Assembly: GCA_963514005.1 (NCBI GenBank)
Contig: OY740809.1
Coordinates: 19,220,001 to 19,284,000 of the forward strand
Origin: Raja brachyura
Taxonomy: Eukaryota
Length of the DNA: 64,000 bases
Direction of reading: 5' to 3'
Part shown: positions 1 through 11,250 of the stretch, one piece after another
Position numbering within the stretch: the stretch's first letter is position 1
Layout of the letters: each line of letters begins with the position of its first letter
Position numbers and translations under genes: made by a program
Notes under the pieces: model-generated
Told to the model about the DNA's origin: nothing
The model's input: only the letters and a program-made list of their open reading frames with translations
Database searches by the model: none

Positions 1-21
1 GAATCAGCTGGCTGTAAACTG

Positions 22-279
22 CGCAGCACAATGGCGCAGATGGTAGAGCTGCTGCCACTATTGCATAGACCTGGGTTCGATCCTGACCTTGGATGTCGTC
101 TGTGCTGAGTTTACACATTCTGTACTTGTCCTCTGTAAATTGCCCCTATTGTGTAAGGAGTGATGTGACAGTGAGATAACAGAACTAGTGTGAATGGGTG
201 ATCGATGGTTGGCATGAATTCGGTGGGCTGAAGGGTCTATTGCCAAGCCATGCTGCATCTCTGAGCGAAACTAAACTGA
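22..279 (+). mobile_element. tRNA-derived V-SINE (HE1-like), internally deleted
   Basis: A box tggcgcagatgg, B box ggttcgatcct and a taaac tail. Most of the central V-domain is missing relative to the copy at 18839-19155. Confidence 0.75.
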
Positions 280-843
280 TGGGTAATTAACAAATTCTGG
301 ACCAAATTCTGTGGTTTTCCATGGGAATGTTTCTGCTAATGCTTCATCAGCGTGGCTGTTCTGAAGGTATAATCACAAGGTCCCATACAAGTGCGTAAAC
401 TGAGTTGATGCCACGGTGGAGATTTACATCGATCTGCTTTCAATATTCAATCCTGTGTTCCACAACAATCTGATGGTGTGAAAGGAGGAAGGGCCCAGGT
501 CTAAAAATAGATTGTATTTGCATAGATTTAAAGTTAAAGGTATGGTAGCCATTGACTACAGGCACTAATTAGTGCTGGGTAATCTGGGTGATTTATTTTT
601 AACCTTACTGGCACAGAGGAATTGAGGATAATTGGCACTATTGTAAGTCCGGAGAAAGATGGGGTCTGATAATATCAAGCTGCAATACCAGTGATTACAG
701 ATCGGACTTTACAGGCTTTACCTTGCACTAAATGTTATTCCCTTGTCATGTATCCGCACATTATGGGTGGCTTGAATGTAATCATGTATTGTCTTTCTGC
801 AGATTGGTTGGCATGTAACCAAAGCTTTTCACTGTACCTCGGT

Positions 844-2128
844 CATCATCGTCGGCGGTCATTCAAAACGAGTGTGACTGTCCTCTACTCTCCATAAGGT
901 TGGCTACTTGTGGGTCTGCAGATTTCTGTAGAGGCAATAGGCAATAGACAATAGGTGCAGGAGTAGGCCATTTGGCCCTTCGAGCCAGCACCGCCATTCA
1001 ATGTGATCATGGCTAATCATCCACAATCAGTACCCCGTTCCTGCCTTCTCCCATATCCCCTGACTCCGCTATTTTTAAGAGCCCTATCTAGCTCTCTCTT
1101 GAAAGCATCCAGAAAACCTGCCTCCACCGCCCTCTGAGGCAGAGAATTCCACAGACTCACCACTCTCTGTGAGAAAAAGTGTTTCCTCGTCTCCGTTTTA
1201 ACCGATCCGCGATCCACACACCTTGGTGCATCGTGGGCAGTGGAGATTGGCGGTGGTTGGTAGTCGTCCAGCCCCCTTCTCTCTTTCCTTAAGTGCTGTT
1301 GCTTTGTCTCTGTGACACAGCATAGTTCCATTTCATGACGTGCAGCTCCTTCCTGCACGTATTTCATCCAGGAGCGCCTTTCCAGTGTAATCTGCTCCCA
1401 GTTGCTTGATGCGATGTAGAGTTTCTTCAAACTGTTCTTGATCTTGTCTGTGAAGTGTTTCTTTGGCCCGCTGGGGGCTTGCCGACCTTCTTTCAATTGA
1501 GAGTACAGGATTTGTTTAGGGAGACGTGTGTTGGACATGTGGATGACATGGCCAGTCCATTGAAGTTGGTGCTGCATTATTGTGGTGGTGATGCTGGTCA
1601 TGTTGGCTTCCTCCAAAACACTGATGTTGGTGCGTTTGTCCTCCCAGCTGATCCTCAGAATCCTTCGTAAGGATCTTTGATGGTATTGTTCCAGGGCTCT
1701 CAGGTGCCTGATGTAGGTGGTCCATGACTCGGCTCCATACAACAGGGTGGAGAGGACAACGGCTGTGAAGACCAGCAGCTTTGTTTGAGCCTTTAGGTCT
1801 TGGTCTTCAAAGAATCTTTTCCTGAGTCTGGCGTAGGCACAACTCAGGCAATGGCTGACCTCAGCGTCAATGTCAGCTTTTGAGGAAAGAATGCTGCCTA
1901 GGTAGGGGAAGTGGTCAATGTTTTCAAGGGTGATGTCATCCACTTTTATAGTGGGCTGGGTAGACAGCTCGTTTGGTGGAGGTTGATGTAGGACCTGGGT
2001 CTTTTTGATATTTCAGGCCAGGCCCATGGCTCTGTGTGCCTTGGCAAAGACATTCGGGATGCCCTGGAGGTCTTCTGCAGAATGTGTTGCAATGGCGCAG
2101 TCATCCACGTACTGAAGCTCCATGATGG
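844..2128 (-). mobile_element. RTE-clade (BovB-like) LINE, 5'-truncated 3' portion, frameshifted
   Basis: ELQYVDDCAI (RT YADD box), HFPYLGS, TLLYGAESWT, QLQWTGHV..M...RLPKQILY and a terminal CPRCTKVCGSRIG/LYRNLQTHK zinc-finger-like end. 4-bp duplication cggt at 840-843 and 2129-2132. Confidence 0.9.
936..1201 (-). mobile_element. CR1-clade LINE 3' end nested in the RTE
   Basis: RKHFFSQRVVSLWNSLPQRAVEA...FKRELD, 3' UTR and (ctattg[c/t])n tail. Same subfamily as 31101-31772. Confidence 0.9.
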
Positions 2129-4203
2129 CGGTACACATGACATTAAACGAAAACTGAACTGAACTGAAACTGAGAAACAATAGAAAATGGTGAGAATGGA
2201 GATGCAAATATTATATCATTACGTGGTTCTAGGAACAATTGAAAAAGTGAGCTCAGAAAAAAATACAACACATTTGTGAACTGGATGGAGGGTATGTAAA
2301 GAGGATCTAAACTAAAAGATAAGAGTTAGAGATGATCGCTCTTAGAAGGAAGAGCCTTTATATTACCAGCTCTGAAGGAATGATCGCAAACTGCAGCAGG
2401 TAAGCCATTGATGCATGTGACCAATAAGCACCATGGACAGCTGATTGTAATCATGTATAGCCTCTCCTCTGATTGGTTCGCACACAAGAGGAGCTCTTCA
2501 CTGTACCCCGCTACACATGACAATAAACCAAACTAAAACCAAACACATCGCTGCAGGATGGGGAATAATAGCAGCTTTCTTCATCATCACATTCCTGATG
2601 TTCAGAAACAAGCAATATCTTAAAGAGGAAATACACACAGTACTCGTGAGTAAAATTGTATTCATAACAAATTGTACTTACATTGTTGTACTCACTGCGC
2701 CTCAGTGATCATGTTAAACTTGCAATTAGATAGAGTTTTCTTTCATTGCTTCCCAGTATGGGGTACCTAGATAAATTCATAAAGTAGAGTATTCATTTAC
2801 TCATTCTTTAAGGAAGTACAAGAATAGATCTTGGTGTGAGGGGGAAAAAGAAGTGTTATGAATAACTCAATGAGCCCATTGAATAAAACAGCCTTTTCCA
2901 TTCGTGAAATTCTTTGATCTTTGGCAACAAATTACAAGCGAGAATAGTTGGCTTCTGCAGGGAATTAGACAAAATGCATCAACCAGACAGAGCACAACAT
3001 AGCACTCAATGGAGTGGGGAAAGTATCACCTTTGGATAAATAATATGCAAAAAATCAGACAACTGTTTTGATAACAGTGTTTCATGAAACATTGCATTTC
3101 TAAGGCTGCACACAGTCCATTGATGTGTCTGAATCCATTTTTCTTAAAGTCCTTCTAGTTGCCAAAAGCTGTTCTGGTGGGGATTTATTTGCTGAGGTCA
3201 TAGACACAAAATGCTGGAGTAATTCGGTGGGACAGGCAGCATCTCTGGATAAAGGGAATGGGTGGCGTTTTGGGTTGAGACATCATGTTGCTGTAACACC
3301 AATACATATCCAGTTTCGCTGTGTGGTTTTTAACCACTGGAATTACTTTGAGACCTGACCTCTGCAAACCACCGTCTGTTCCCTGCTACGTACGTCCCCA
3401 GGGCCATTGATCAGCTCCACCATTACCTTCGCTAATACAATATTTTAAACTTTGCTTCAAAACCAAAAGTAGTGGCAAAGCTAACATGGGAATGCACCTT
3501 CGTTTTGCAAACACATACTCTGAAGGGAGCGACCTTACATTTTAAACTGACTTGGTCATCTGCCTATCTAAAATATCACCAGCTGTCAGACATATTTCTC
3601 TTCATTTGTTGGAGTTGCAGTTGGTGAAAATAGTTTCAACATGTGTTTGCTTAATATTGCTAGATTAAGAATGGAGCTGCTGGGTTTTATGATTGCATGA
3701 TTATTGCATTAAATTGATTTAAATCTACAGTATCCAGAGTATGATAATGTTAGATAATCACAGCCATTTGGAGAGCACAAGTAAATCAAATTTAATGGAA
3801 CATAAACATTGTTGTAGTCCTTATTTGGGTTGGAGCTAATTTAATTTTACACGGTGCATTCATGTAAAGTAAGCATTATTATAGTTGGCGAATGTAATGC
3901 AAATGAATTATTTACAAAATGGTAACGACCCTGATTATTGAAATATATTGATGTGATAACCTAGACATATTTATTTTTGAATAATCTGGAGATGTCACTT
4001 CATATATCTTAGAGAATAATGACACTAATAAATCTTCATACAATAAGTAGTATTGGAGTGAGTTCTTGCACATATGGATTTTGTCACCAAATCTATTGCT
4101 GACTTGCTGCTTCATTCTGGAACAAGAATCCAAAGGGAAATATAAATAAGATAATACAATTGAGCCACTTGGTAGGATAAAGGTTGGGAACTAGTGAGTA
4201 CCT

Positions 4204-4400
4204 AGCTTTCTCTCTCCTTCCCCTCCCCCTTCCCAGCTCTCCCACATAGCCTACTGTCTCCGCCTCTTCCTTTCTTTTTCCCGCCCCCCTCCCCCGACAT
4301 CAGTCTGAAGAAGGGTCTCGACCCGAAACGTCGCCTACTCCTTTTCTCCATCGATGCTGCCTAACCCGCTGAGTTTCTCCAGCATCGTTTTTGTCTTCCA
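4204..4400 (+). mobile_element. Penelope-like element 3' end / terminal repeat
   Basis: Collinear with the 3' end of the GIY-YIG-containing element at 32078-33150. A related partial minus-strand copy lies at ~3200-3282. Confidence 0.8.
4301..4336 (+). ncRNA. Minimal type-I hammerhead ribozyme motif inside the PLE terminal repeat (best-preserved copy)
   Basis: CTGAAGA (4305-4311), an extra A, stem II GGGT/ctcg/ACCC (4313-4324), GAAA (4325-4328), self-complementary ACGT in place of stem III, GTC cleavage triplet ending at 4332. Stem I is only ~2 bp, so activity is unproven. Confidence 0.6.
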
Positions 4401-6857
4401 AATAAGGATAAATCATCAGAAATTCCAGAGGCTCTTTATACTCTATTAAGGATTATTTACTTCTGCCCCCCCCCCCAGTTTCCCACTTGCGCAGTGGGTA
4501 AATTCATTGAATAATATGGCTCTGAGCCATTATCAAGTAACAAGGTCCCAGATTCAATCTCTCATCTTGCTGTGTTGGCTGATTGCAATGCTGGTAGGGG
4601 CACTACAACTATTCTCTGTTAAATATGCTGCAATTATTTACAGTCAAGGTACAATCAATTTAGACACATTTGACTAAAAGTTAGATAATTTGTCCCGAGT
4701 AGCTGATCCAGCTTTGTGTTAGATCCTGGTTCATCTGGAATTTAACTTCAGTGACCTAGCCTTCTTCCACACTCAGATAAGGGCACATATTATCAGTCAA
4801 TTCCATTAACTTGTATTAATTGCAGGGAATAAAGGCAGCCCCTGGGTTACTTATGGGTTCTGTTCTTGACAACTGTCAGCAAGACAATTTTTCTTTAAGT
4901 CAGAAACGTACGTTTTCTATAGCTACCCAAAATTGTATCGCTTTGCATACACTTCCTAAAACTCTTTCATTTTTTCGAATATTCACCATAACACTTGTCC
5001 ATAATTAAACTAATGAGATTTACACTGTATCCGTTTGCTAATGAAACCACAACATGTTTTATTGTTATTATTACCCTGAGTTTGTGTAACTTTGTATTTC
5101 CATAAGTAAGGTCTTCTGCAACCCAGGGTACTCTTGTACTATAATTATCTTTGGCAGGCAAGGGCCATAACTATTGAAAATTGGGGGAACTCCATGTATT
5201 CTTTGTGAAGTATGTTACAATTATTCTTAGATAGGTACAGGTGCGACTGGTACTTTCAGTCTACTTTGTAATTTTGTTGAGTTATCATATGATGAAAGGT
5301 CGAGTGTTGGGTGTGGACACGACAGTGGTCTACTTTGGTGACTTACTTACTTACTTGGTGACAAGCATCCTTTTCATACACTGTAAAAGCATACAAAAGT
5401 GGCCATAATGGCAGTTTAAGTATTGTTACCACACATTGTTGAAGAGAGGAGATATTTTAACCATAATCCAGCCTTGCCTTTGTATATCCTGCACAATTCT
5501 ATTTACCCTTAAGGCTTCAAATGCAAATTTTAGATAAACTTCTATTTCAACATCCACTTACCCAGCAGTGCATAAATCCACACTCTTCACAGGTGGTGCA
5601 ATATGCCTGTAAGCTGTTACAACCATTGTACTGCAGCAACTTGCCAAACTTTCTTAAACAATCCATGGTCTCCAACAGTAAGAAGATTAGGAATTGCAAG
5701 TTCATGGTAGCACCGTACCTCCAGGTTCCTCTCCAAGTCGTTTGAATATATTTTGCATTTCTTTTGCAGGTCCTGGCTTCAAAACCTTGCATGCCAATAA
5801 CAATATGGAAGTAGGTTCACCATTTAGAGGACTGAGGTCAGGATCAAACCCAGATCACTGTAGTGGTGAGGCAGTGACTTTATTAGCTACACTAATGTGC
5901 CACTCTCGCTTATCTCTCACATACCCTGAATGATGATGATGCGTTCAGTCATGATATCCCCAGTCATCAAAGGGTGGGGTAGACTTATCTTGTTCATCAA
6001 TTTTGCATAGCCTTCAATACACTCTTTCACAGATGAGGGGCACATATTATTACGTTACCATTGTCAACTTTGCTTCGTAGAGATTTTGCTTCCTGTTTCA
6101 GACTGATTTATTTTGTAATATTCTTAAAACTCGCAATCAAACTCAATCTCTCACTAATTTAGTTGGATTAATGATTAATGTTATTTCTTCAAAGTGAAGA
6201 TAACATGAAGCTCTAATGCTTATTCCTTTCCTCTGTCATAAAAAAAGGAATACTTCAATAAAATTAGTGATTTAATCACCAATTTAGTGTGTTAAGGTTT
6301 CAATCATAAGCTAATTATCTGTGACAACCATGATAAACAGTTTACATTTTATATTTAAAAGAGCATCAGTAATATGGCTGAACCATTTCCACTAAAATGC
6401 AGTTGTGATGTTTATTGAGCCGCTGTTCCTGGAATATTCTCCACTTTTTTTGTGTTGCTAACTGCTGTCTTTAAGTTATCTGATCAGAGCAGTGTGATGA
6501 ATGCAACAATGAACTATCCCTTGACCTCGATGTCAATATAGCTCAATAGTTGAAGTGGCAGGAGCTGTGTTGTTATTTGAGATGGACAGGTGATCTGTTT
6601 TCTCCTGCATTAAGTTGGCTTCTGCAAGGGCACCTTTGTGAAATGACAGATGTCATTCCACATCAAGAAGCTACAAAGCGATGCTGACTAGTTAATGCAC
6701 GCTAGCACACACTGCTGGTACAGTGTGAGGTTCGGCTGGCTGAAGATAAGGTGAACAGCAATACTACAGGGCCAGACATTTCATCCTTTACTCATGTGAA
6801 TTACTGCATGTGCGGAAAGTTATCCATGATTTTCTGCTCTGTAACACAAAATTGCAC

Positions 6858-7365
6858 AGAACATAGACCAGAGAAGAGTACAGCACAGGAACAGGCCCTT
6901 CGACCCACAATGTCAGTGCCGAACATGATGCCGTACATTTCTTATCTATCTGCAAATAATCTATATCCCTCAATTTCCTGCATACCCATGTACATATCCA
7001 AAAATCTCTTTAATGCCTCTCTCATATATTCCTCATCCACCACCCCTGGCAGTGTGTTTCAAGCACTCAACACCCACTGTGTAAAAAGTTAATACCCCCT
7101 AATCCATGCAGCATTCCGTTAAACCTCTCTGCACCCTTTCTAAAGCCTCCACATTCTCCCTGTAATGGGGTGACCAGAACTGCATGCAATACTCCAAATA
7201 TAGTCTAACTAAAGTCCTGAAAAGCTGTGTCATGACTTCCTGACTCTTATTTTTAGTGCCCCAACCTATGAAAACAAGAATACCACATGCTTTCTGTACC
7301 ACTCTATCTACTTATGTTGCCACTTTCAAGGAGTTATTGACTTTGACCCCAAAATCCTTCTGTAC
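6858..7365 (-). mobile_element. CR1-clade LINE 3' fragment, decayed
   Basis: LFRTLVRLYLEYCMQFWSPHYRENVEALERVQR followed by a CR1-type 3' UTR. Confidence 0.85.
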
Positions 7366-7504
7366 ATCTGCGTTGTACACCTTTTAGTTTAGAGATGCAG
7401 TGCAGAAACAGGCCCTTCACCCCACCTAGTCCATGCTAACCCGCACTCCCTGTGCACTAACACTATCCTACAGACTAGGGACAATTTGCAATTTTACCGA
7501 AGCC

Positions 7505-7916
7505 GGGTAGTGGGCAGGTGCTATAGACCTGCACGGGAAGGTAGACGCTCCGGCAGATGGGGCTCGTCAGCCTGGGAAGGCAGTCCATCTAGGAGAGGGA
7601 AAACTCTGATTTAAAGCCTCCACTGCCTTGTGGTCATATCCAGTCATGGAAAAGGCTCCTGGAGTAAACCTCAAGAAAATCCGTAGTCGGAGCCCCTAAG
7701 GCAGTTCGTCGTTGTCTACAACCTTGCTCTGGCAGTTCCTGCGAAGGCGCTGGCGCCAAACTGCAATGGCCCTGCTGTTCCTTTGGATCGATCAGCGATG
7801 TGGAGAGGGGGGGACGTGCTGCATGGGCAACAGCCTGTCCTCCATATGACATCGCGCAGGCTTGCATCCGACCAGGATGCATCACCCATGGTCAGTCATG
7901 ACCGAAGGGGGCCTAC
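7505..7916 (+). mobile_element. Non-coding 412-bp retroposon, probably an RTE-derived non-autonomous element
   Basis: 10-bp TSD taccgaagcc (7495-7504 / 7917-7926) and a short (tac)n end. Contains ggcagtccatctaggagagggaaaactctgattt, which resembles a conserved RTE 5'-UTR motif. Confidence 0.7.
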
Positions 7917-8073
7917 TACCGAAGCCACATTAACGTACAAACCTGTACATCTATGGAAAGTGGGAGGAAACCAGAGCACCCAGGGAAAACCCACGCGGTC
8001 ATGGTGAGAACGTACTAAGTCCGTACAGACAGCACCTGTAGTCAGGGTCAAATGCAGGTCTCTGGCACTGTAA

Positions 8074-8677
8074 AGGGCCTGTCCCACCAGCATGCAACTC
8101 CATGCAATCAGCGCGACCTAACATGGTTGCTTGAGCCGTCCGGCGTCGCGAGGCCGGTCCCACTTCGATCGCCAGAGCTGTGCGGAATTGTGCGGAGTTT
8201 GTCCCGACATCGTGCGGGGCTCCGAAAAACTGACTATGTTCAAAAATTCCGCGCGGCAACGGCTTGTCGGCATGCAGTTGCCTCGACGCATTACGCACCG
8301 CCTCGGCGTCGTGCCTCCGTGACCCTCTCTGTCGGTGCCACCGTGACCCTCTATGTGTGTGGCTCCGTGACCCTCTATGTGTGTGGCTCCGTGGCCCTCT
8401 GTGTGTGTGTGCCTCTGTGCCCCTCTCTGTGTGCCCCTCTCTGTCCTGGCGAACTTACCTTTAAGACTTCACTCCAAGTTGGCCTCACTTTGCGCCGCGT
8501 TGCGCCGCTCACCCGACCTCCGCGCGGCCCTCGCTGCCGGTTTGGTCGCGCTTGCCGCATGCAGGCGCATGCTGGTGGGAACGGCCCTGTACAGGGATCA
8601 CCCGACCTCCGCGCGGCCCCCGCCTCTAGTTTGATCGCGCTCATCGCATGGAGTCGGATGCTGGTAGGACAGGCCCT
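8074..8677. mobile_element. PIF/Harbinger-type MITE with internal 24-bp minisatellite and duplicated right end
   Basis: Terminal inverted repeats (TIRs) agggcctgtcccaccagcat / atgctggtaggacaggccct. 3-bp TSD TAA (8071-8073 / 8678-8680) restores the host SINE sequence ctgTAAggcagc. Confidence 0.85.
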
Positions 8678-8829
8678 TAAGGCAGCAACTCCACTGTGGC
8701 ACTACCCTGCCACCCCACATGTTCGGATAAGCAGATTCCATCTGCTTTTTCTCTGCCCATTTAGTTTTAGTTTTCATTTTAGAGATACACGGTGGAAGCA
8801 GGCCCTTTCTGTGGCTGATCTATATCTGC

Positions 8830-9090
8830 TGTGTACCGTGACTGCCTCCCTCACAGTTCGCAATCTCAGCAAACTTGGTATAATCTGCAAATTTACTAAC
8901 CAACCCGTCTGCTTTTACATTCAAGTCATTTATATATATATATCACAAGCAACAGATGTCCCAGCACGGATCCTTGTGGAACTCCACTGGTCACGGACCT
9001 CCAGCATGAATACTCTTGTTTCACCTCAACACTTTGTCTTCTATCAGTGAGCCAGTTCTGAATCCATACGACCGAGCCACTGTTAATCCA
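8830..9090 (-). mobile_element. CR1-like reverse transcriptase fragment
   Basis: Minus strand gives GVPQGSVLG (gttccacaaggatccgtgctggg) and VSKFADYT, a degenerate FADD box. Confidence 0.65.
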
Positions 9091-9138
9091 ATGCATTTTA
9101 CCAGGGCAAAGATTCTGATGAACAACCCTTATATTATG

Positions 9139-9305
9139 TGTACGAAGGAACTACACCTGTTGGTTGAAATCAGTCGGAAGAAGGGTCTCGATCCAAAACG
9201 CCACCCATCCCTTCGCTCCAGAGATGCTGCCTGTCCTGCTGAGTTACTCCAGCATTTTGTGTCTACCTTCGATTTTAACCAGCATCTGCAGTTCTTTCCT
9301 ACACA
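9139..9305 (+). mobile_element. PLE terminal-repeat copy with degenerate hammerhead
   Basis: cagtcggaagaagggtctcgatccaaaacgcc...gctgagttactccagcattttgtgtcta...cagcatctgcagtt. Confidence 0.75.
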
Positions 9306-9476
9306 TCGTTTCGTACTTGGTCAGTCAAGTGTGATCTAATGAAAAGTATTTTATGAAGTTTTAACTAAGCAAAAAGATTAAAGGAAATCAGCAAGCCAGC
9401 ATTACCTTTCATGAACTGAGAACATTCTGAACCAATCGACCACCTATCAAATCGATGGTAGACTTTAAAAAAGTAG

Positions 9477-10694
9477 ACTTTTACAGATACAGCGTGGAAA
9501 CGCGTCCTTTTAGCTATCGAGTCTGCGCTGACCAACGATCATCCCATACAGTAACACTGTCCTACACAAAAGGGACAATTTTTTTACAACTTACCAAAGC
9601 CAATTAACATACAAACCTGTACGTCTTTGGAGTATGGGAGGAAACCAGAGAATCTGAAGAATAACCTATGTGGTCACAGGGAGTAGGTACAAACACCATA
9701 CGAATCTAGTCAGGATGTAACCCGGGTCTCTGGTGCTGTAAGGCAGCAACTCTACTGCTGTAAACATCTCTATGTTTGCAAATGACACAAAGCTGGGTGG
9801 CAGTGTGAGCTGCGAGGAGGATGCTATGAGGCTGCAGGGTGACGGATAGGTTTTGTGAGTGGGCAGAAGCATAGCAAATGCAGTATAATGTGAATAAATG
9901 TGAGGTTATCCACTTTGGTGGCAAGAACAGGAAGGCAGATTATTATCTGAATGGTATCAGATTAGGAGAAGGGGAGGTGCAATGAGACCTGGGCTTGCAG
10001 GTATGCATGCAGGTACAGCAGGCAGTGAAGAAAGTCAATGGCATGTTGGCCTTCATTGGGAGGGGATTTGAGTTTAGGTACAAGAAAGTCCTACTGCAGT
10101 TGTACAGTGTACTGGGAGAGATCGCACCTGGAGTATTGTGTGCAATTTTGATCTCCTAATTTGAGGAAGGGCATTATTCCTGTTGAAAGAGTGCAGCGTA
10201 GGTTCACCAGGTTAATTCCCAGGATGACGGGACTGACGTTTGGTGAAAGAATGGGCCAACTGAGCCCGGCTGGAATTTAGAAGGATGAGAGGGAAACGTA
10301 CAACATTCTTAGAGGATTAGACAGGGTAGATGCAGGAAAAATGTTCCCGATGTTGGGGGAGTCCAGAACCAGGGGTCACAGTTTAAGAATAAGGGGTAGG
10401 CCATTTAGGACTGAGATGAGGAAATACTTTTTCACCCAGAGTTGTGAATCTGTGGAATTCTCTGCCACAGTAGGCAGTGGAGGCCAATTCACCGGACATT
10501 TTTAAGGGAGAGTTAGATTTAACTCTTAGGGCTAAAGGAATCAAGGGATATGGGGGAAAAAGCCGGAACGGGGTACTGATTTTGGATGATCAGCCATGGT
10601 CATATTGAATGGTGGTGCTGGCTCAAAGGGCCGAATGGCCTACTCCTGCACCTATTTTCTATGTTTCTATGTTTCTATGTGCCACTGTGCCGGC
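9477..10694 (-). mobile_element. V-SINE interrupted near its 5' end by a CR1
   Basis: SINE body 9477-9761 ends ctctactgctgt; the last bases gccactgtgcggcc resume at 10681. Confidence 0.75.
9762..10680 (+). mobile_element. CR1-clade LINE, 5'-truncated (~0.9 kb)
   Basis: Starts at MFANDTKLGG (RT FADD box) and continues through the HLEYCVQF and VVNLWNSLP motifs, a 3' UTR and a (tttctatg)n tail. Confidence 0.9.
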
Positions 10695-11003
10695 CAGTAG
10701 TGTGTTAGTGTTCTTTTGAAACCAATTGTGTATGCACCCCCTACGATATTACTTTTAATCCCGTAGACATTTTATGTTAAAAACTTCAAAGTAGATTAAA
10801 CAAAGGTCAGAAGTGATCCTACTGTTTAGAAAGCTATCAGTGAGTCATGTCGAAACTTTGTGATTGTGGTTTCTTCATGTAAGGAGGTAATTTCCTTACT
10901 TCCCCAAAATGCTGGGCCATTCTAAAGTACATTAGAGGATTTAAGTAATTCCATAATTGACAAATTCAGTCATTGGTGTAATGTAGGAAATAGAGTGGCT
11001 AGT

Positions 11004-11250
11004 TTACACACAGCAAGGTCCCACTAACAACGGTGTAATGGTGATAGGATTATCTGTGTTACTGATGTTAAACTGTGCGTAAGTGGTGTTTAGGAAGACA
11101 GGGGAAAATCCCCTGTTTGTTTTTCAGTGGTGTCACAGGGTCTTTTAAATCCACGGCAGAGAGGGCTTTCAAATTCGCATCTTACATGCAAAACGGCAGT
11201 CACCTCAGTACACCTTTACTGCACTGAGCCCTGGTCTTGTGCCCTAGTTA
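11004..11250 (-). mobile_element. Ancient DeuSINE (AmnSINE1/SacSINE1-like) remnant
   Basis: cacagcaaggtcccac...acaggggaaaatcccctg...gtgtcacagggtcttttaaatccac...aaaacggca...actgcactg resembles the reverse complement of the Deu domain, compared from memory. Confidence 0.55.

Larger units (their letters stand above)
691..2177 (+). mobile_element. Retroelement 3' tail (cactgtac...gtacacatgacaataaa family, possibly Rex1/Babar-related), split by an RTE insertion
   Basis: 691-843 ends aaagcttttcactgtacctcggt and resumes at 2129 as cggtacacatgacattaaac(gaact)n. An unsplit homologue lies at ~2430-2545. Confidence 0.65.
7382..8712 (-). mobile_element. V-SINE (HE1-like) hosting two nested insertions
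   Basis: SINE pieces 7382-7504, 7917-8073 and 8678-8712 join into a normal copy once the two inserts are removed. Confidence 0.85.

Noticed and set aside
1017-1943. 308-aa ORF as a host or domesticated gene
   Set aside because: An RTE/CR1 chimera starting at GTG and lacking the upstream RT core, which is frameshifted.
8052-9050. 332-aa ORF
   Set aside because: Runs through a SINE, a GC-rich MITE, a minisatellite and an antisense CR1 piece; no transposase motifs.
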